Source: Acidimicrobiia bacterium
GTDB lineage: Bacteria; Actinomycetota; Acidimicrobiia; Spongiisociales; ZC4RG35
DNA length: 64,000 nt
Reading direction: 5' to 3'
Assembly: GCA_035512955.1 (NCBI GenBank)
Contig: DATKCZ010000013.1
Location: forward strand, 305-64,304
This document shows positions 1 to 9,181 of the stretch, piece by piece. Under the pieces are notes generated by a model, which had not been told where the DNA came from, did no database searches, and saw only the letters and a list, made by a program, of their open reading frames with translations. Each line of letters begins with the position of its first letter. Positions within the stretch are counted from its first letter, which is position 1. A program made the position numbers and the translations under genes.

Positions 1-1
1 G

Positions 2-1708
2 CGCAGCGCCGTCGATGACCTGTTGGGGCCCGAAGAAGGCTTCGACGGGCGGGTCGTCTTCGGGGGTCGTGCCGCTCGGCAGCGGCGTCATCTGCTGCTG
101 CCTGCCCTCCACGCCGTCCAGGATGCCGCCGGCTCGGTGAGCAGGGGCGCACTGGCCTACATCTGTGAGCGGCTCACGGTGCCCCCGGCCGAGGCATACG
201 GTGTGGCCACCTTCTACGCGCTGTTCGACACCGACGGCCCCGGGGGCCCGTCGATCCACGTCTGTGATGACATCGTCTGTGCCCAATACGGGGCCGAGGA
301 TCTGTGCGCCGCCCTCGACGCGTCGGGCACGGTCTATGAGCGGAGCCCCTGTCTCGGTCAGTGTGACCGGGCGCCGGCGGCGATGTTCCACCAACCCGGC
401 ATCGGCTACGGCAATGCCGCGCCGGTCACACCTTCCTCGTTCGGGGCCCCCACCTTCGACGAGCTCCCTCCCGGTCTCGTCAACCAGGACCGGGAAGAAC
501 TGACGCTGCTGCGCCGCATCGGTGTGGTCGATCCCAGCTCCCTCGACGGCTACCTCGAGACCGGAGGGTTCGAGACCCTGGCCAAGGCACGGGCGATGGG
601 GCCGGAGGCGGTCATAGCCGCGTTGAAGACATCGGGGCTCAGGGGTCGTGGCGGAGCCGCATTCCCCATCGGTCTCAAATGGGAGGGTGTCCGTGAGGCC
701 AGGGGTGGCGACAAGTACGTGATCGCCAACGGCGACGAGTCCGAGCCGGGGACTTTCAAGGACCGTCTGCTGATGGAGGGCGATCCGTTCGCGCTGGTCG
801 AGGCGATGGCCCTCTACGGGTACGCCACCGGGGCCGGCAAGGGGTTCATCTACGTCCGCGGGGAGTATCCGACTGCGGAGAAGCGGCTCGAGAACGCCAT
901 CGCCCAGACCGTCGGCGCGGGTCTGATCGGTGACGGGTTCGACCTCGAGGTGCGGAGAGGCGCGGGGGCCTACATCTGTGGCGAGGAGACCGCCTTGTTC
1001 GCCTCCATCGAGGGACATCGCGGCGAGCCCCGGCAGAAGCCGCCGTTCCCCACCCAATCGGGGGTGTTTGGCAAGCCCACCGGCATCAACAACATCGAGA
1101 CGCTGCTCGCCGCTCTCGAAGTGATCGCCCGGGGAGGCGAGGCCTTCGCCGCGGTAGGGACCGAGCAATCGACCGGCCCCAAGCTGTTCTGTGTCTCCGG
1201 GGCCGTGGCCAGGCCCGGTGTCTACGAGGTCCCCTTCGGGACGACGCTCAGGGCTCTTCTCGCCCTCGCCGGTGGGATCAGGGATGGCGGTGATCTGGGT
1301 GCTGTGCTCATGGGCGGGGCGGCCGGTGTCTTCGCCGACCAGTCGGCGCTCGAGGTGCCCCTGACCTTCGAGGACACCAGCGCCGCGGGCACCACGCTGG
1401 GCTCGGGGGCGATCATATTCTTCGATGACCAGACCGATTTCGGGGGGGTGCTGGGCCGCATCGCCCGGTTCTTCAGAGATGAGTCCTGTGGCCAGTGTGT
1501 TCCATGTCGCATCGGCACCGTCCGTCAGGAGGAGGCGCTGGCCCGGCTGCGCGCCCACCGCCCCCTGGGCTCGGTGTCCGAGGAGAGAAGACGTCTCGAC
1601 GATCTGGCGGTGGTGATGACCGATGCCTCGATCTGTGGTCTCGGCCAGACCGCGGCCTCCGCGGTCCAGTCCGCGATGAAGCTAGGGCTCCCAGGAGTGC
1701 CGGCATGA
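2..1708 (+). CDS. NuoE-NuoF fusion flavoprotein (NAD-linked diaphorase, beta-subunit type of NAD-dependent formate dehydrogenase). It is 5'-partial because the frame is open to the window edge.
   Basis: The ORF track gives 23..1708, and the same frame has no stop back to nt 2. It has a NuoE-like 2Fe-2S Cys pattern (HVCDDIVC ... CLGQCDRAP). NuoF signatures are GGAAFPIGLKWE and ESCGQCVPCRIGT. It has an ATGA overlap with the next gene. Confidence 0.9.
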   Translation, partial: RSAVDDLLGPEEGFDGRVVFGGRAARQRRHLLLPALHAVQDAAGSVSRGALAYICERLTVPPAEAYGVATFYALFDTDGPGGPSIHVCDDIVCAQYGAEDLCAALDASGTVYERSPCLGQCDRAPAAMFHQPGIGYGNAAPVTPSSFGAPTFDELPPGLVNQDREELTLLRRIGVVDPSSLDGYLETGGFETLAKARAMGPEAVIAALKTSGLRGRGGAAFPIGLKWEGVREARGGDKYVIANGDESEPGTFKDRLLMEGDPFALVEAMALYGYATGAGKGFIYVRGEYPTAEKRLENAIAQTVGAGLIGDGFDLEVRRGAGAYICGEETALFASIEGHRGEPRQKPPFPTQSGVFGKPTGINNIETLLAALEVIARGGEAFAAVGTEQSTGPKLFCVSGAVARPGVYEVPFGTTLRALLALAGGIRDGGDLGAVLMGGAAGVFADQSALEVPLTFEDTSAAGTTLGSGAIIFFDDQTDFGGVLGRIARFFRDESCGQCVPCRIGTVRQEEALARLRAHRPLGSVSEERRRLDDLAVVMTDASICGLGQTAASAVQSAMKLGLPGVPA

Positions 1709-2670
1709 CCCTCACCGGAGCCGCCGTGACCACTATCACCGCGACGATCGACGGCCAGGAGGTGACCGTCGCCGCAGGGGAAACCATCCTCGAGGCCTGT
1801 CGCCGCTCGGGTGTCGACCTGCCCACCCTCTGTCACGGCCCCACACTGACACCGGCCAATGCATGCCGGGTATGTATGGTCGAGGTCGAGGGATCGCGGG
1901 CCCTGGTCCCCTCCTGCAGCCGGGCCCTGGACGAGGGCATGGTGATCAACACCGGCACCGAGCGCGCCAGACACAGTCGCCGCCTGGTCATGGAGCTCCT
2001 CGGCAGCGCCAGCCAGCTCGACCGGTCCGGTGACCGCGTCGACGCCTGGATGGAGTCTCACGGCGCCGACAGCGCTCGTTTCGGCGCGGCGGAGGCGGAG
2101 ACGCCCCGGAGCAAGCCGGTGCCGGGGCATCATCACCCTCCATCGCTCCGCGAGGCCGCCGGTGTCGCCGAGCCGGCGAAGGTCGAAGACGATCTCTACG
2201 TGCGTGACTACAGCCGGTGCATCCTCTGCTACAAGTGCGTCGACGCCTGCGGGGAACAGCACCAGAACACCTTCGCCATCGCCGTCGCGGGCCGGGGCTT
2301 CGACGCTCGCATCTCCACCGAGTTCGACGTCGCCCTGCCCGGATCGGCGTGTGTTTACTGCGGGAACTGCATCGCGGTGTGCCCCACCGGGGCACTCGAG
2401 GGCAAGATCGCCTGGGACATGAAGGAGAACGGGACCTGGGACGAGTCGACCCAAGAGGTCACCAGGACGGTTTGCTCCTACTGCGGTGTGGGCTGCAACC
2501 TCGACATCCACACCCAGGACGGCCGTATCGTCGATGTGAGCTCCCCACTCGACCACGAGGTGACGCTGGGCAACCTGTGCATAAAGGGCAGGTTCGGGTG
2601 GAGCTATGTCGCCAGTGGGATGGGGACGGAGGCCGGTGAGGGGCTCGGGGGGAGTGCTCCCCCCTCGTGA
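1705..2670 (+). CDS. Fe-S protein equal to the N-terminal part of an FdsA/NuoG-type formate dehydrogenase alpha subunit. It has 2Fe-2S, two ferredoxin-type 4Fe-4S sites and the Mo-enzyme cap 4Fe-4S, but ends before any molybdopterin domain.
   Basis: The ATG at 1705 overlaps the upstream stop, so the longer ORF 1495.. is an overlap artefact. Motifs are TIDGQEVTV..TLCH..CRVCMVEV, CILCYKCVDAC, CVYCGNCIAVCP and CSYCGVGCNL...LCIKGRFGW. The stop comes about 20 codons after the last motif. Confidence 0.85.
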   Translation: MTLTGAAVTTITATIDGQEVTVAAGETILEACRRSGVDLPTLCHGPTLTPANACRVCMVEVEGSRALVPSCSRALDEGMVINTGTERARHSRRLVMELLGSASQLDRSGDRVDAWMESHGADSARFGAAEAETPRSKPVPGHHHPPSLREAAGVAEPAKVEDDLYVRDYSRCILCYKCVDACGEQHQNTFAIAVAGRGFDARISTEFDVALPGSACVYCGNCIAVCPTGALEGKIAWDMKENGTWDESTQEVTRTVCSYCGVGCNLDIHTQDGRIVDVSSPLDHEVTLGNLCIKGRFGWSYVASGMGTEAGEGLGGSAPPS

Positions 2671-3464
2671 GCAACGCCGTCACGCCTCGACGGGTGGTGC
2701 AAGTCAGGGATCAGGTCCGGGCAATGGACGACACCCTGGTGGTCGAGGAACCGCTCGAGATCAGACTCGACGGCACCGCGCTGGCGGTGGTCATGAGGAC
2801 ACCCGGAGATGACGCCGACCTCGTTCTGGGGTTTGCCATCACCGAAGGGATCGTGACCACCCCCGATGCGGTCAAGCGGGTGGTGTCCCTGGGTGGTGGT
2901 CGATGGGACCTGGAGACCGTGGACGGGGTGAGCATCGACCCTGCCCAGTTTCAGCGGAACTTCTACAGCACGAGCTCTTGCGGGGTCTGTGGCAAGGCAT
3001 CGATCGACGCCATCCGCATCACCGGAGCCAAGCCGCCGACGGGCCCGGTGGTACCGGTGGAGATCTTCCTGTCATTGCCTCCCCGGCTGTTGGAGGCCCA
3101 GACCGCATTCCGCTCCACCGGAGGGCTCCACGCCGCCGCTGCTTTCGACTCCTCAGGGGAGATCGTGGCCGTCAGAGAGGACGTGGGCCGTCACAATGCG
3201 GTCGACAAGGTGGTCGGGCATCTCGCCCGGAAGGGCTGGCCGTTGCCGCCCCTGGGTCTGCTGGTCTCCGGCCGGGTCTCTTTCGAGATCACCCAGAAGG
3301 CGGCGGTGGCGGGAATCTCCCTGGTCTGCGGTGTCTCGGCAGCTTCCAGTCTGGCCGTCGAGCTCGCCGAGGAGTTCGAGATGACGGTCATCGGGTTCCT
3401 CCGGGAGGGCGGGTTCACCCTGTACACCGGAGGAGAGCGAGTGGGCGGACTCGAGTCGCGGTGA
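2667..3464 (+). CDS. fdhD: Formate dehydrogenase accessory sulfurtransferase FdhD
   Basis: Motifs are SSCGVCGKASID, GGLHAAAAF and DVGRHNAVDKVVG. The GTG start overlaps the upstream TGA. Confidence 0.9.
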   Translation: MSNAVTPRRVVQVRDQVRAMDDTLVVEEPLEIRLDGTALAVVMRTPGDDADLVLGFAITEGIVTTPDAVKRVVSLGGGRWDLETVDGVSIDPAQFQRNFYSTSSCGVCGKASIDAIRITGAKPPTGPVVPVEIFLSLPPRLLEAQTAFRSTGGLHAAAAFDSSGEIVAVREDVGRHNAVDKVVGHLARKGWPLPPLGLLVSGRVSFEITQKAAVAGISLVCGVSAASSLAVELAEEFEMTVIGFLREGGFTLYTGGERVGGLESR

Positions 3465-3479
3465 AGGCCTGACGCAGGT

Positions 3480-4025
3480 CTAGGGGCCCTCGGATCCGGC
3501 GAGCGCGATCAACTGCGAGATGGTCCGCCAGTTCCGCACCGTCGCCCTGACCCCGAGACGTCGCTCCAGCATCCCCTGATTGAGCTTCGACCGCCCCGAG
3601 CCATTGGGGAAGGCGAGATAGATCTCCCGACCCCGTCTTGTGAAGCGATCCGGCAGATAATCGTGGGCGTCGAGGGCGACATCGACTCCATGGGTGGGAA
3701 CCCGATCGAGAAACGCCACCTGAAGCAGACGCTGATCGAGACCGAGGTCGGAGAACGGGTGAGCCCTTCCCGTCTCGGCCAGTTCGGTGGACGAACGTGT
3801 CACCACCGGGATCTCGAAGCCGAACAGATCGCGAAGCGCCGGCTCCAACATCCCGACGACGCCCTGTTCGTCGAGCGCCGTCTCGAAGACCAGATTGCCC
3901 GACTGGGCATATGTCCTCGGATTGTCGAGCCCCCGTGCCGAGGCGAGGTCGCGAAGCTCGGCCATCGCCACCCTGTTGTGACCACCGACGTTGATCCCGC
4001 GCAACAGGGCGACTCGGATGGTCAA
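3480..4025 (-). CDS. DUF1697 family protein
   Basis: The N-terminus MTIRVALLRGINVGGHNRVAMAELR is typical of DUF1697. It has a 4-nt overlap with the upstream IclR gene. Confidence 0.75.
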   Translation of the reverse strand: MTIRVALLRGINVGGHNRVAMAELRDLASARGLDNPRTYAQSGNLVFETALDEQGVVGMLEPALRDLFGFEIPVVTRSSTELAETGRAHPFSDLGLDQRLLQVAFLDRVPTHGVDVALDAHDYLPDRFTRRGREIYLAFPNGSGRSKLNQGMLERRLGVRATVRNWRTISQLIALAGSEGP

Positions 4026-4765
4026 CGGGAGAGGGCCTCCGACAGGCGTCGGGCGGCGTCCGCCACCGCCTCACCGATCGCCTCCTCCCGGTCGGGCGCC
4101 GGGAATCGGTATGCCGGGCCATGCACGTGCATGGCCGCGGTTATCAGCCCGTTTCTCTCCAGGACCGGCGCTGCCACCGAGTTGATCCCCTCGACGAACT
4201 CCTCATAGACCCAGGCGTAGCCCTTCTCGCGGATCTCAAACAGGCGTTGTCGGACCTGGTCCCTGTCGGTCACGGTGTTGGGGGTCATCCGCACCAGCTC
4301 TCGGCCGAGGTAACGCTCCATCTGCTGCTCGGGCCAGTGAGCCATGATCACCAGGCCCGAGGGGACGAGGTGCATGGGGATGAGCTCCCCGGTCCAGTCC
4401 CGGACCTGAACCGGTTGGGCTGCCTCGGTCTGGTCCACATAGTGGACCTGGTACCCGTCCGGGATGGCGATTCCCGCGGCTTCGCCGGTGAGGGCGGTCA
4501 GCTCATCGAGATAGGGGCGGGAGAAGGCGGTCAGCTGGCCCGGCCCCCCCGCTGCCGAAGACAGTCGTTGCACGATTGGGCCCAGGCGATAGCGACGACC
4601 GTCTTCGTCGCGTTCGACCGCATCCATCTCTTCGAGGGTGGCGAGAAGCCGGGCCACGGTGCTCTTGGGGAGACCGACCCGGCGCGCCATCTCTGAGAGC
4701 CCGGCCGGCGACTGGGCCAGGGCCTCGACGATCTTGATGGCGCGGGCTACCGACTCGACGGCCAT
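4022..4765 (-). CDS. IclR family transcriptional regulator
   Basis: It has an N-terminal wHTH (LSEMARRVGLPKSTVARLLATLEE) and a C-terminal IclR effector-domain length and pattern. Confidence 0.85.
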   Translation of the reverse strand: MAVESVARAIKIVEALAQSPAGLSEMARRVGLPKSTVARLLATLEEMDAVERDEDGRRYRLGPIVQRLSSAAGGPGQLTAFSRPYLDELTALTGEAAGIAIPDGYQVHYVDQTEAAQPVQVRDWTGELIPMHLVPSGLVIMAHWPEQQMERYLGRELVRMTPNTVTDRDQVRQRLFEIREKGYAWVYEEFVEGINSVAAPVLERNGLITAAMHVHGPAYRFPAPDREEAIGEAVADAARRLSEALSR

Positions 4766-4813
4766 GTCGGCCCATCTTACGGGCCCCGTACCGCATGGCG
4801 GAACAGTGTGGGG

Positions 4814-5680
4814 CTAGCCGAGCGAGGCGAGCATGTCCTGACGCCACTGCTCGGTGGCCTCCACCCGATTGAAGGTGTAGACGTGGAAGCCTTCGATGTT
4901 GGCGGTCGGATCGTCGAGCAGCGGGGCCAGTCCCACCACGAGGTCATCGGGGCTGTACCCGCCCGGGCGCACCAGCTTTCCCGCCAGACCCTTGTTCTTG
5001 GCGAGAAACCGGGCCGACGGCCCCACCCCGATGCGCAGCGACAGCGTGATCAGCTTGCTCATCTCTGCCACGCCGGGGATCCCGACCCACACCCCGAGCC
5101 CGATCCCCGTCTCGCGGAGCGACTCGACCCAGTCACGGATCGACTCGGGGACGAAGCACATCTGGCTGGTGACGTAGGACGCGTACGGGGCCTTCTCCTC
5201 GAGGGCGTTCCGCATGGTGAGGTCGTCGACGATATGATGACCCTCGGGATAGCCGGGCACACCGATCTCGGTCAGCCCATGCCCGATCTGCTCCATCGCG
5301 GTGAGGAGGGCAAGACCGTCGAAGAACTCCCCCTGGGCCTCACCGTCACCACCCACCACGAATGCCTTGTGGATCCCGCCCCGATCCAGCCTGTCGAGGA
5401 TCTTCCCCAACTCCTGCCGACCCGTGGTGAGACGTGCCGAGAGGTGGGGGACGACATCGAAGCTTCTGTGCTTGAGCTCGACGGTCAGGTCGACCGTGGC
5501 CGCCATGCCCTTTCCCGGTGAGGCGGTGACCGACACCGTGGCCCCCTCGGGGAGGAAGTGAGATTGATCCAAGGCGTTCTTGAGCGGGATCAACTCGTAT
5601 TTGGGCCGCTCGAGCAGACGGCGCAGGGCGGCGACATGGGCGCTCTCGAGGTGCCGCAGGTCGAGGGACTTCTGTCTCAT
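4814..5680 (-). CDS. Methylenetetrahydrofolate reductase family protein (MetF-like)
   Basis: The internal ATG at 5680 forms an ATGA overlap with the MttB stop. The N-terminal 54 codons of the 342-aa ORF overlap the upstream gene. It has an MTHFR-like TIM-barrel pattern (YELIPLKN.., VTASPGKG, HLSARL, VVGGDG). Confidence 0.75.
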   Translation of the reverse strand: MRQKSLDLRHLESAHVAALRRLLERPKYELIPLKNALDQSHFLPEGATVSVTASPGKGMAATVDLTVELKHRSFDVVPHLSARLTTGRQELGKILDRLDRGGIHKAFVVGGDGEAQGEFFDGLALLTAMEQIGHGLTEIGVPGYPEGHHIVDDLTMRNALEEKAPYASYVTSQMCFVPESIRDWVESLRETGIGLGVWVGIPGVAEMSKLITLSLRIGVGPSARFLAKNKGLAGKLVRPGGYSPDDLVVGLAPLLDDPTANIEGFHVYTFNRVEATEQWRQDMLASLG

Positions 5681-7200
5681 GACGCATCCGAGTCGGGGAA
5701 CAAGTCCTTCCGCTCCCCGATCCAGGTTGCCAACCTGTGGTCGAGGTCCTCGTCGAGTGGCGGCGGCTGGTAGTCCGAGAGCATCTGGCGCCATCGCTCG
5801 TGGGCGCGGCCGGCGGCATCGCGGCCCCCCTCGCCCTCCCACTGCTCGAAGCTGTTGCTGTCGGAGGTGTCGGAACGCCAGAAGGCCTTCTCGAAGTTGG
5901 CCAGGGTGTGCTCGGCGCCGAGGAAGTGCTGTCCGGGGCCGGTGCTCCTGATCGCCTCCATCGCCTGGCCGTTCTCGGAGAGGTCGACCCCACCGACCAG
6001 CGCTCCGGCCATCCCGGCCATGTCGGCGTCGAGGATGAACTTCTCATAGCCCATCACCAGACCCCCCTCCAGCCAACCGGCGGTGTGTAGTACGAAATTG
6101 GTCCCGGCGGCCAACGTTGGCAAGAAGGTGGCGGCGCTCTCATAGGCGGCCTGGGAGTCGGTCACCTTGGAGGCGGTCAGGTTCCCGCCGCTGCGAAAGG
6201 GCACCCCGAGCCGTCGAGCCAGGGCGGCAACGATCCACAGGACCAGGGCCGGCTCGGGTGTGCCAAAGGTGGGGGCGCCGGACTGCATCGATATCGAGCT
6301 GGCGAAGGACCCGAGCACCACCGGTGCCCCGGGTCTCACGATCTGGGTGAAGGCGATGCCGGCCAGGGCCTCGGCCAGGGTCTGTGCCGCGGTGGCGGCC
6401 ACCGTCACCGGGGCCATCGCCCCGGCGAGGATGAACGGTGTGATCAGGGTGGCCTGGTTGTTCTCCGCGTATACCTTGGCCGACCCCAGCATGGCCCGGT
6501 CCCAGGAGAGTGGTGAGTTGGCGTTGCACAGCGAGAGGATCACCGTGTTCTCCTCGACGAAGTCATCTCCGAAGACGATCCTGGCGATCTCAACGGTGTC
6601 CTCGGCTCGTTCGGGCGCGGTCACCGCGCCCATGAATGGCTTGTCGCTGTGTTTGACGTGGCTGTAGATCATGTCGAGGTGCCTCTTGTTCACCGGCAGG
6701 TCCACCGGCTCACACAGGGTGCCGCCGGCATGGTGGAGCTGGGGTGACAGATAGGTGAGCTTGGCGAAGTTGTGGAAGTCCTCGATGGTGGCATAGCGCC
6801 GCCCCTCCTCCAGGTTGCGGATGAAAGGGGAGCCGTAGGCGGGGGCGAAGACCATGTGCGGGTCTCCGATTTCGACCGATCGCTTCGGGTTGCGGGCATG
6901 CTGGGTGAATCTGGCCGGGGCACCGGCGGCGAGATCCCGACACATGCCCCTGGGGAACCTGACCCTGGAGCCGGCCACCACGGCACCCGCCGAGGCGAAG
7001 ATCTCCACCGCCTCGGGGAAGTCGATGATCTCCACGCCGACTTCCTCGAGGATGGTGTCGGCGTTGTCCTCGATGATGCCCAGACCCTCCTCCCCGAGAA
7101 CCTCGTAAGGGGGGATGGAGCGGGTCAGGTAAGGGAGGTAGGACGCAGCCCCGGATGACCTGGCCGCCCGTCTCGCCTGACGTCCGCGTCGCTCAGCCAT
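5677..7200 (-). CDS. MttB-family (trimethylamine methyltransferase superfamily) methyltransferase, non-pyrrolysine type
   Basis: It matches MttB-like sequence along the full length (ILSLCNANSPLSWD, ITPFILAGAMAPVT, SGAPTFGTPEP, HTAGWLEGGL, GPGQHFLG). There is no in-frame TAG. The ATG at 7200 overlaps the upstream stop by 8 nt. Confidence 0.9.
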   Translation of the reverse strand: MAERRGRQARRAARSSGAASYLPYLTRSIPPYEVLGEEGLGIIEDNADTILEEVGVEIIDFPEAVEIFASAGAVVAGSRVRFPRGMCRDLAAGAPARFTQHARNPKRSVEIGDPHMVFAPAYGSPFIRNLEEGRRYATIEDFHNFAKLTYLSPQLHHAGGTLCEPVDLPVNKRHLDMIYSHVKHSDKPFMGAVTAPERAEDTVEIARIVFGDDFVEENTVILSLCNANSPLSWDRAMLGSAKVYAENNQATLITPFILAGAMAPVTVAATAAQTLAEALAGIAFTQIVRPGAPVVLGSFASSISMQSGAPTFGTPEPALVLWIVAALARRLGVPFRSGGNLTASKVTDSQAAYESAATFLPTLAAGTNFVLHTAGWLEGGLVMGYEKFILDADMAGMAGALVGGVDLSENGQAMEAIRSTGPGQHFLGAEHTLANFEKAFWRSDTSDSNSFEQWEGEGGRDAAGRAHERWRQMLSDYQPPPLDEDLDHRLATWIGERKDLFPDSDAS

Positions 7201-9181
7201 CGGAGCGTTCCCTCGCACCCGGGCGTCTCCGCTTTCCCCCGGTGCGGGACGGCAGATCGACCACGGTCGATAGATTCGGGTAGCCCGCGGTCTTGTGGGG
7301 GATTCCGAGTGCAGCCACGAAGTGCTCCTGGAACCTCGGCTCGGTGGCGGTCTCGATCTTCTCCACCCTCTCGACCAGCCGTTCGACCTCGTCACGAGCG
7401 GTCTTGGAGAGCAATGCCATGATCGCCCCCGCCCCGGCGGCGTTACCGGCCCCGGAGACCGATCCCAGGTCGCAGTCGGGGATCATGCCCAGCACCATGG
7501 CGTACATGGGGTCGATGTGGTTGCCGAACGCCCCAGCCAGCCGGATCTGGTCGACGGTGTCGGTCCCGTAATGGTCCATGAGCAGTCTCGCCCCGGCGAG
7601 CAGGGCGGCCTTGGCCAACTGCACCGCACGGACATCCGCCTGGGTGACCAGTATCTGAGGGTCGGTCCACAGCACGTAGGAGTAGGTGCGCCCATCGGGG
7701 ACCAGGCGGTCGGTGGGGGCGTCTCCGGAGATCGCACCGTCCTCATCGATGACACCGGCGAGGAACAGCCCGGCGATCACCTCGATGATCCCCGAGCCGC
7801 ATATCCCGGTCACCGGCGTCGTCTCGATCTCCCCGTAGAAGCCATCCTCATCAGACCAATGCTCCCCACCGACCAAGCGTATGCGTGGCTCGAGTGTCTC
7901 CCGATCGATTCGAACCCGTTCGATGGCCCCCGGGGCGGCTCTCTGACCGGAGGAGATCTGGGCCCCCTCGAAGGCGGGCCCGGTGGGGCTCGATGCGGCG
8001 AGGAGCCGTTCCGAGTTACCGAGCACGATCTCGGCGTTGGTACCCACGTCCACGAGGAGTTGGATGGCCTCACTGCGCTGGGGCGCCTCCGAGAGCATGG
8101 CGGCGGCAGCGTCGGCTCCGACGTGTCCGGCGACACAGGGCAGCACGTAGACCCGGCCCCGGGGATGGACCTCGATTCCGAGAGCGGCGGCCTCTATCCG
8201 CACCGAATCGCCGGTGGCCAGGTTGAACGGTGCTGCGCCCAGCGGGGTCGGGTCGAGCCCGAGGAAGAGGTGGTGCATTATCGGATTCCCCACCAACACC
8301 ACCTCGAGGACGTCTGCGCGCACCACACCCGCCTCGTCGACCAGCTCACCGATGGCGTCGTCGATGGCGGTCTGCACGATCCTGGTCAACTCAGCGGCTC
8401 CCCCCTCGTTCATCATGGCGTAGGAGACCCGGCTCATCACATCTTCCCCCAACCTGATCTGGGGGTTCATCGCCCCATGGGTGGCGATGATCTGCCCGGT
8501 GAGGAGGTCGCACAGGTGCCCGGCGATGGTCGTCGACCCCACATCGAATGCCACCCCCAAGGTGCGATCGTGAAACCCGGGCCATACCGCGGTGATGTCG
8601 CTCTCGTCGTGCACGGCCACGGTCACCGCAGACTTGCCCTCGATCAGCGACGACTGGAGGTCGGGCAAGACCCTCGGATCGAGATCCAACGCGGTCAGGT
8701 CCCATTGCCCTTCGAGGGCGGTGAGCAGCCGCCGACGGTCGCTCATGGAATCCCCCAATATCGATTCCTCCATCTCGACGTAGTACAGCCGCACAACGGG
8801 GTCGACGTCGATGTCGGGAACCTCGGGCCGCTTGCGGACCACCTGCCGGTGGACCCGGCTGCCGGCGGGCACGTCGATCACCACGTTTCCGAGAACAGTC
8901 ATCTGGCACCCGAGGCGATTTCCGTCTTCGAGTGGCCGGGCACCGGCGTAGTTCAACTCGACGAGGTTGGGCTCAGAGACCCTGCTGGGGTCGAGGGCGA
9001 TGGTCTTGGACGACCCGAGCTGGATCTGACATCGGCCACAAATGCCGCGTCCGCCGCAAATGGAGTCGAGGTCGACTCCCAGGGCGCGGGCCGCGTCGAG
9101 GACGTTGGTCCCGACTGCTATCTCACCCTGTCTCCCCGACGGGGTGAAGAGGACGCGAACCTCGCCCTCGGCCCCGGTCAT
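7193..9181 (-). CDS. Corrinoid reductive activase, RACo/COG3894 type (N-terminal plant-type 2Fe-2S ferredoxin plus ASKHA ATPase/DUF4445)
   Basis: The N-terminus carries CGGRGICGRCQIQ, and the large C-terminal domain is acetate/sugar-kinase-like. Both ends have ATGA-type overlaps. Confidence 0.85.
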   Translation of the reverse strand: MTGAEGEVRVLFTPSGRQGEIAVGTNVLDAARALGVDLDSICGGRGICGRCQIQLGSSKTIALDPSRVSEPNLVELNYAGARPLEDGNRLGCQMTVLGNVVIDVPAGSRVHRQVVRKRPEVPDIDVDPVVRLYYVEMEESILGDSMSDRRRLLTALEGQWDLTALDLDPRVLPDLQSSLIEGKSAVTVAVHDESDITAVWPGFHDRTLGVAFDVGSTTIAGHLCDLLTGQIIATHGAMNPQIRLGEDVMSRVSYAMMNEGGAAELTRIVQTAIDDAIGELVDEAGVVRADVLEVVLVGNPIMHHLFLGLDPTPLGAAPFNLATGDSVRIEAAALGIEVHPRGRVYVLPCVAGHVGADAAAAMLSEAPQRSEAIQLLVDVGTNAEIVLGNSERLLAASSPTGPAFEGAQISSGQRAAPGAIERVRIDRETLEPRIRLVGGEHWSDEDGFYGEIETTPVTGICGSGIIEVIAGLFLAGVIDEDGAISGDAPTDRLVPDGRTYSYVLWTDPQILVTQADVRAVQLAKAALLAGARLLMDHYGTDTVDQIRLAGAFGNHIDPMYAMVLGMIPDCDLGSVSGAGNAAGAGAIMALLSKTARDEVERLVERVEKIETATEPRFQEHFVAALGIPHKTAGYPNLSTVVDLPSRTGGKRRRPGARERSDG

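Noticed and set aside
5677-7200. I looked for an in-frame amber (TAG) codon for pyrrolysine in either MttB-family gene (also 19138-20697).
   Set aside because: Both ORFs are continuous from start to stop with all family blocks in one frame. There is no internal TAG, so they are non-Pyl members, and no pyl genes are in the window.
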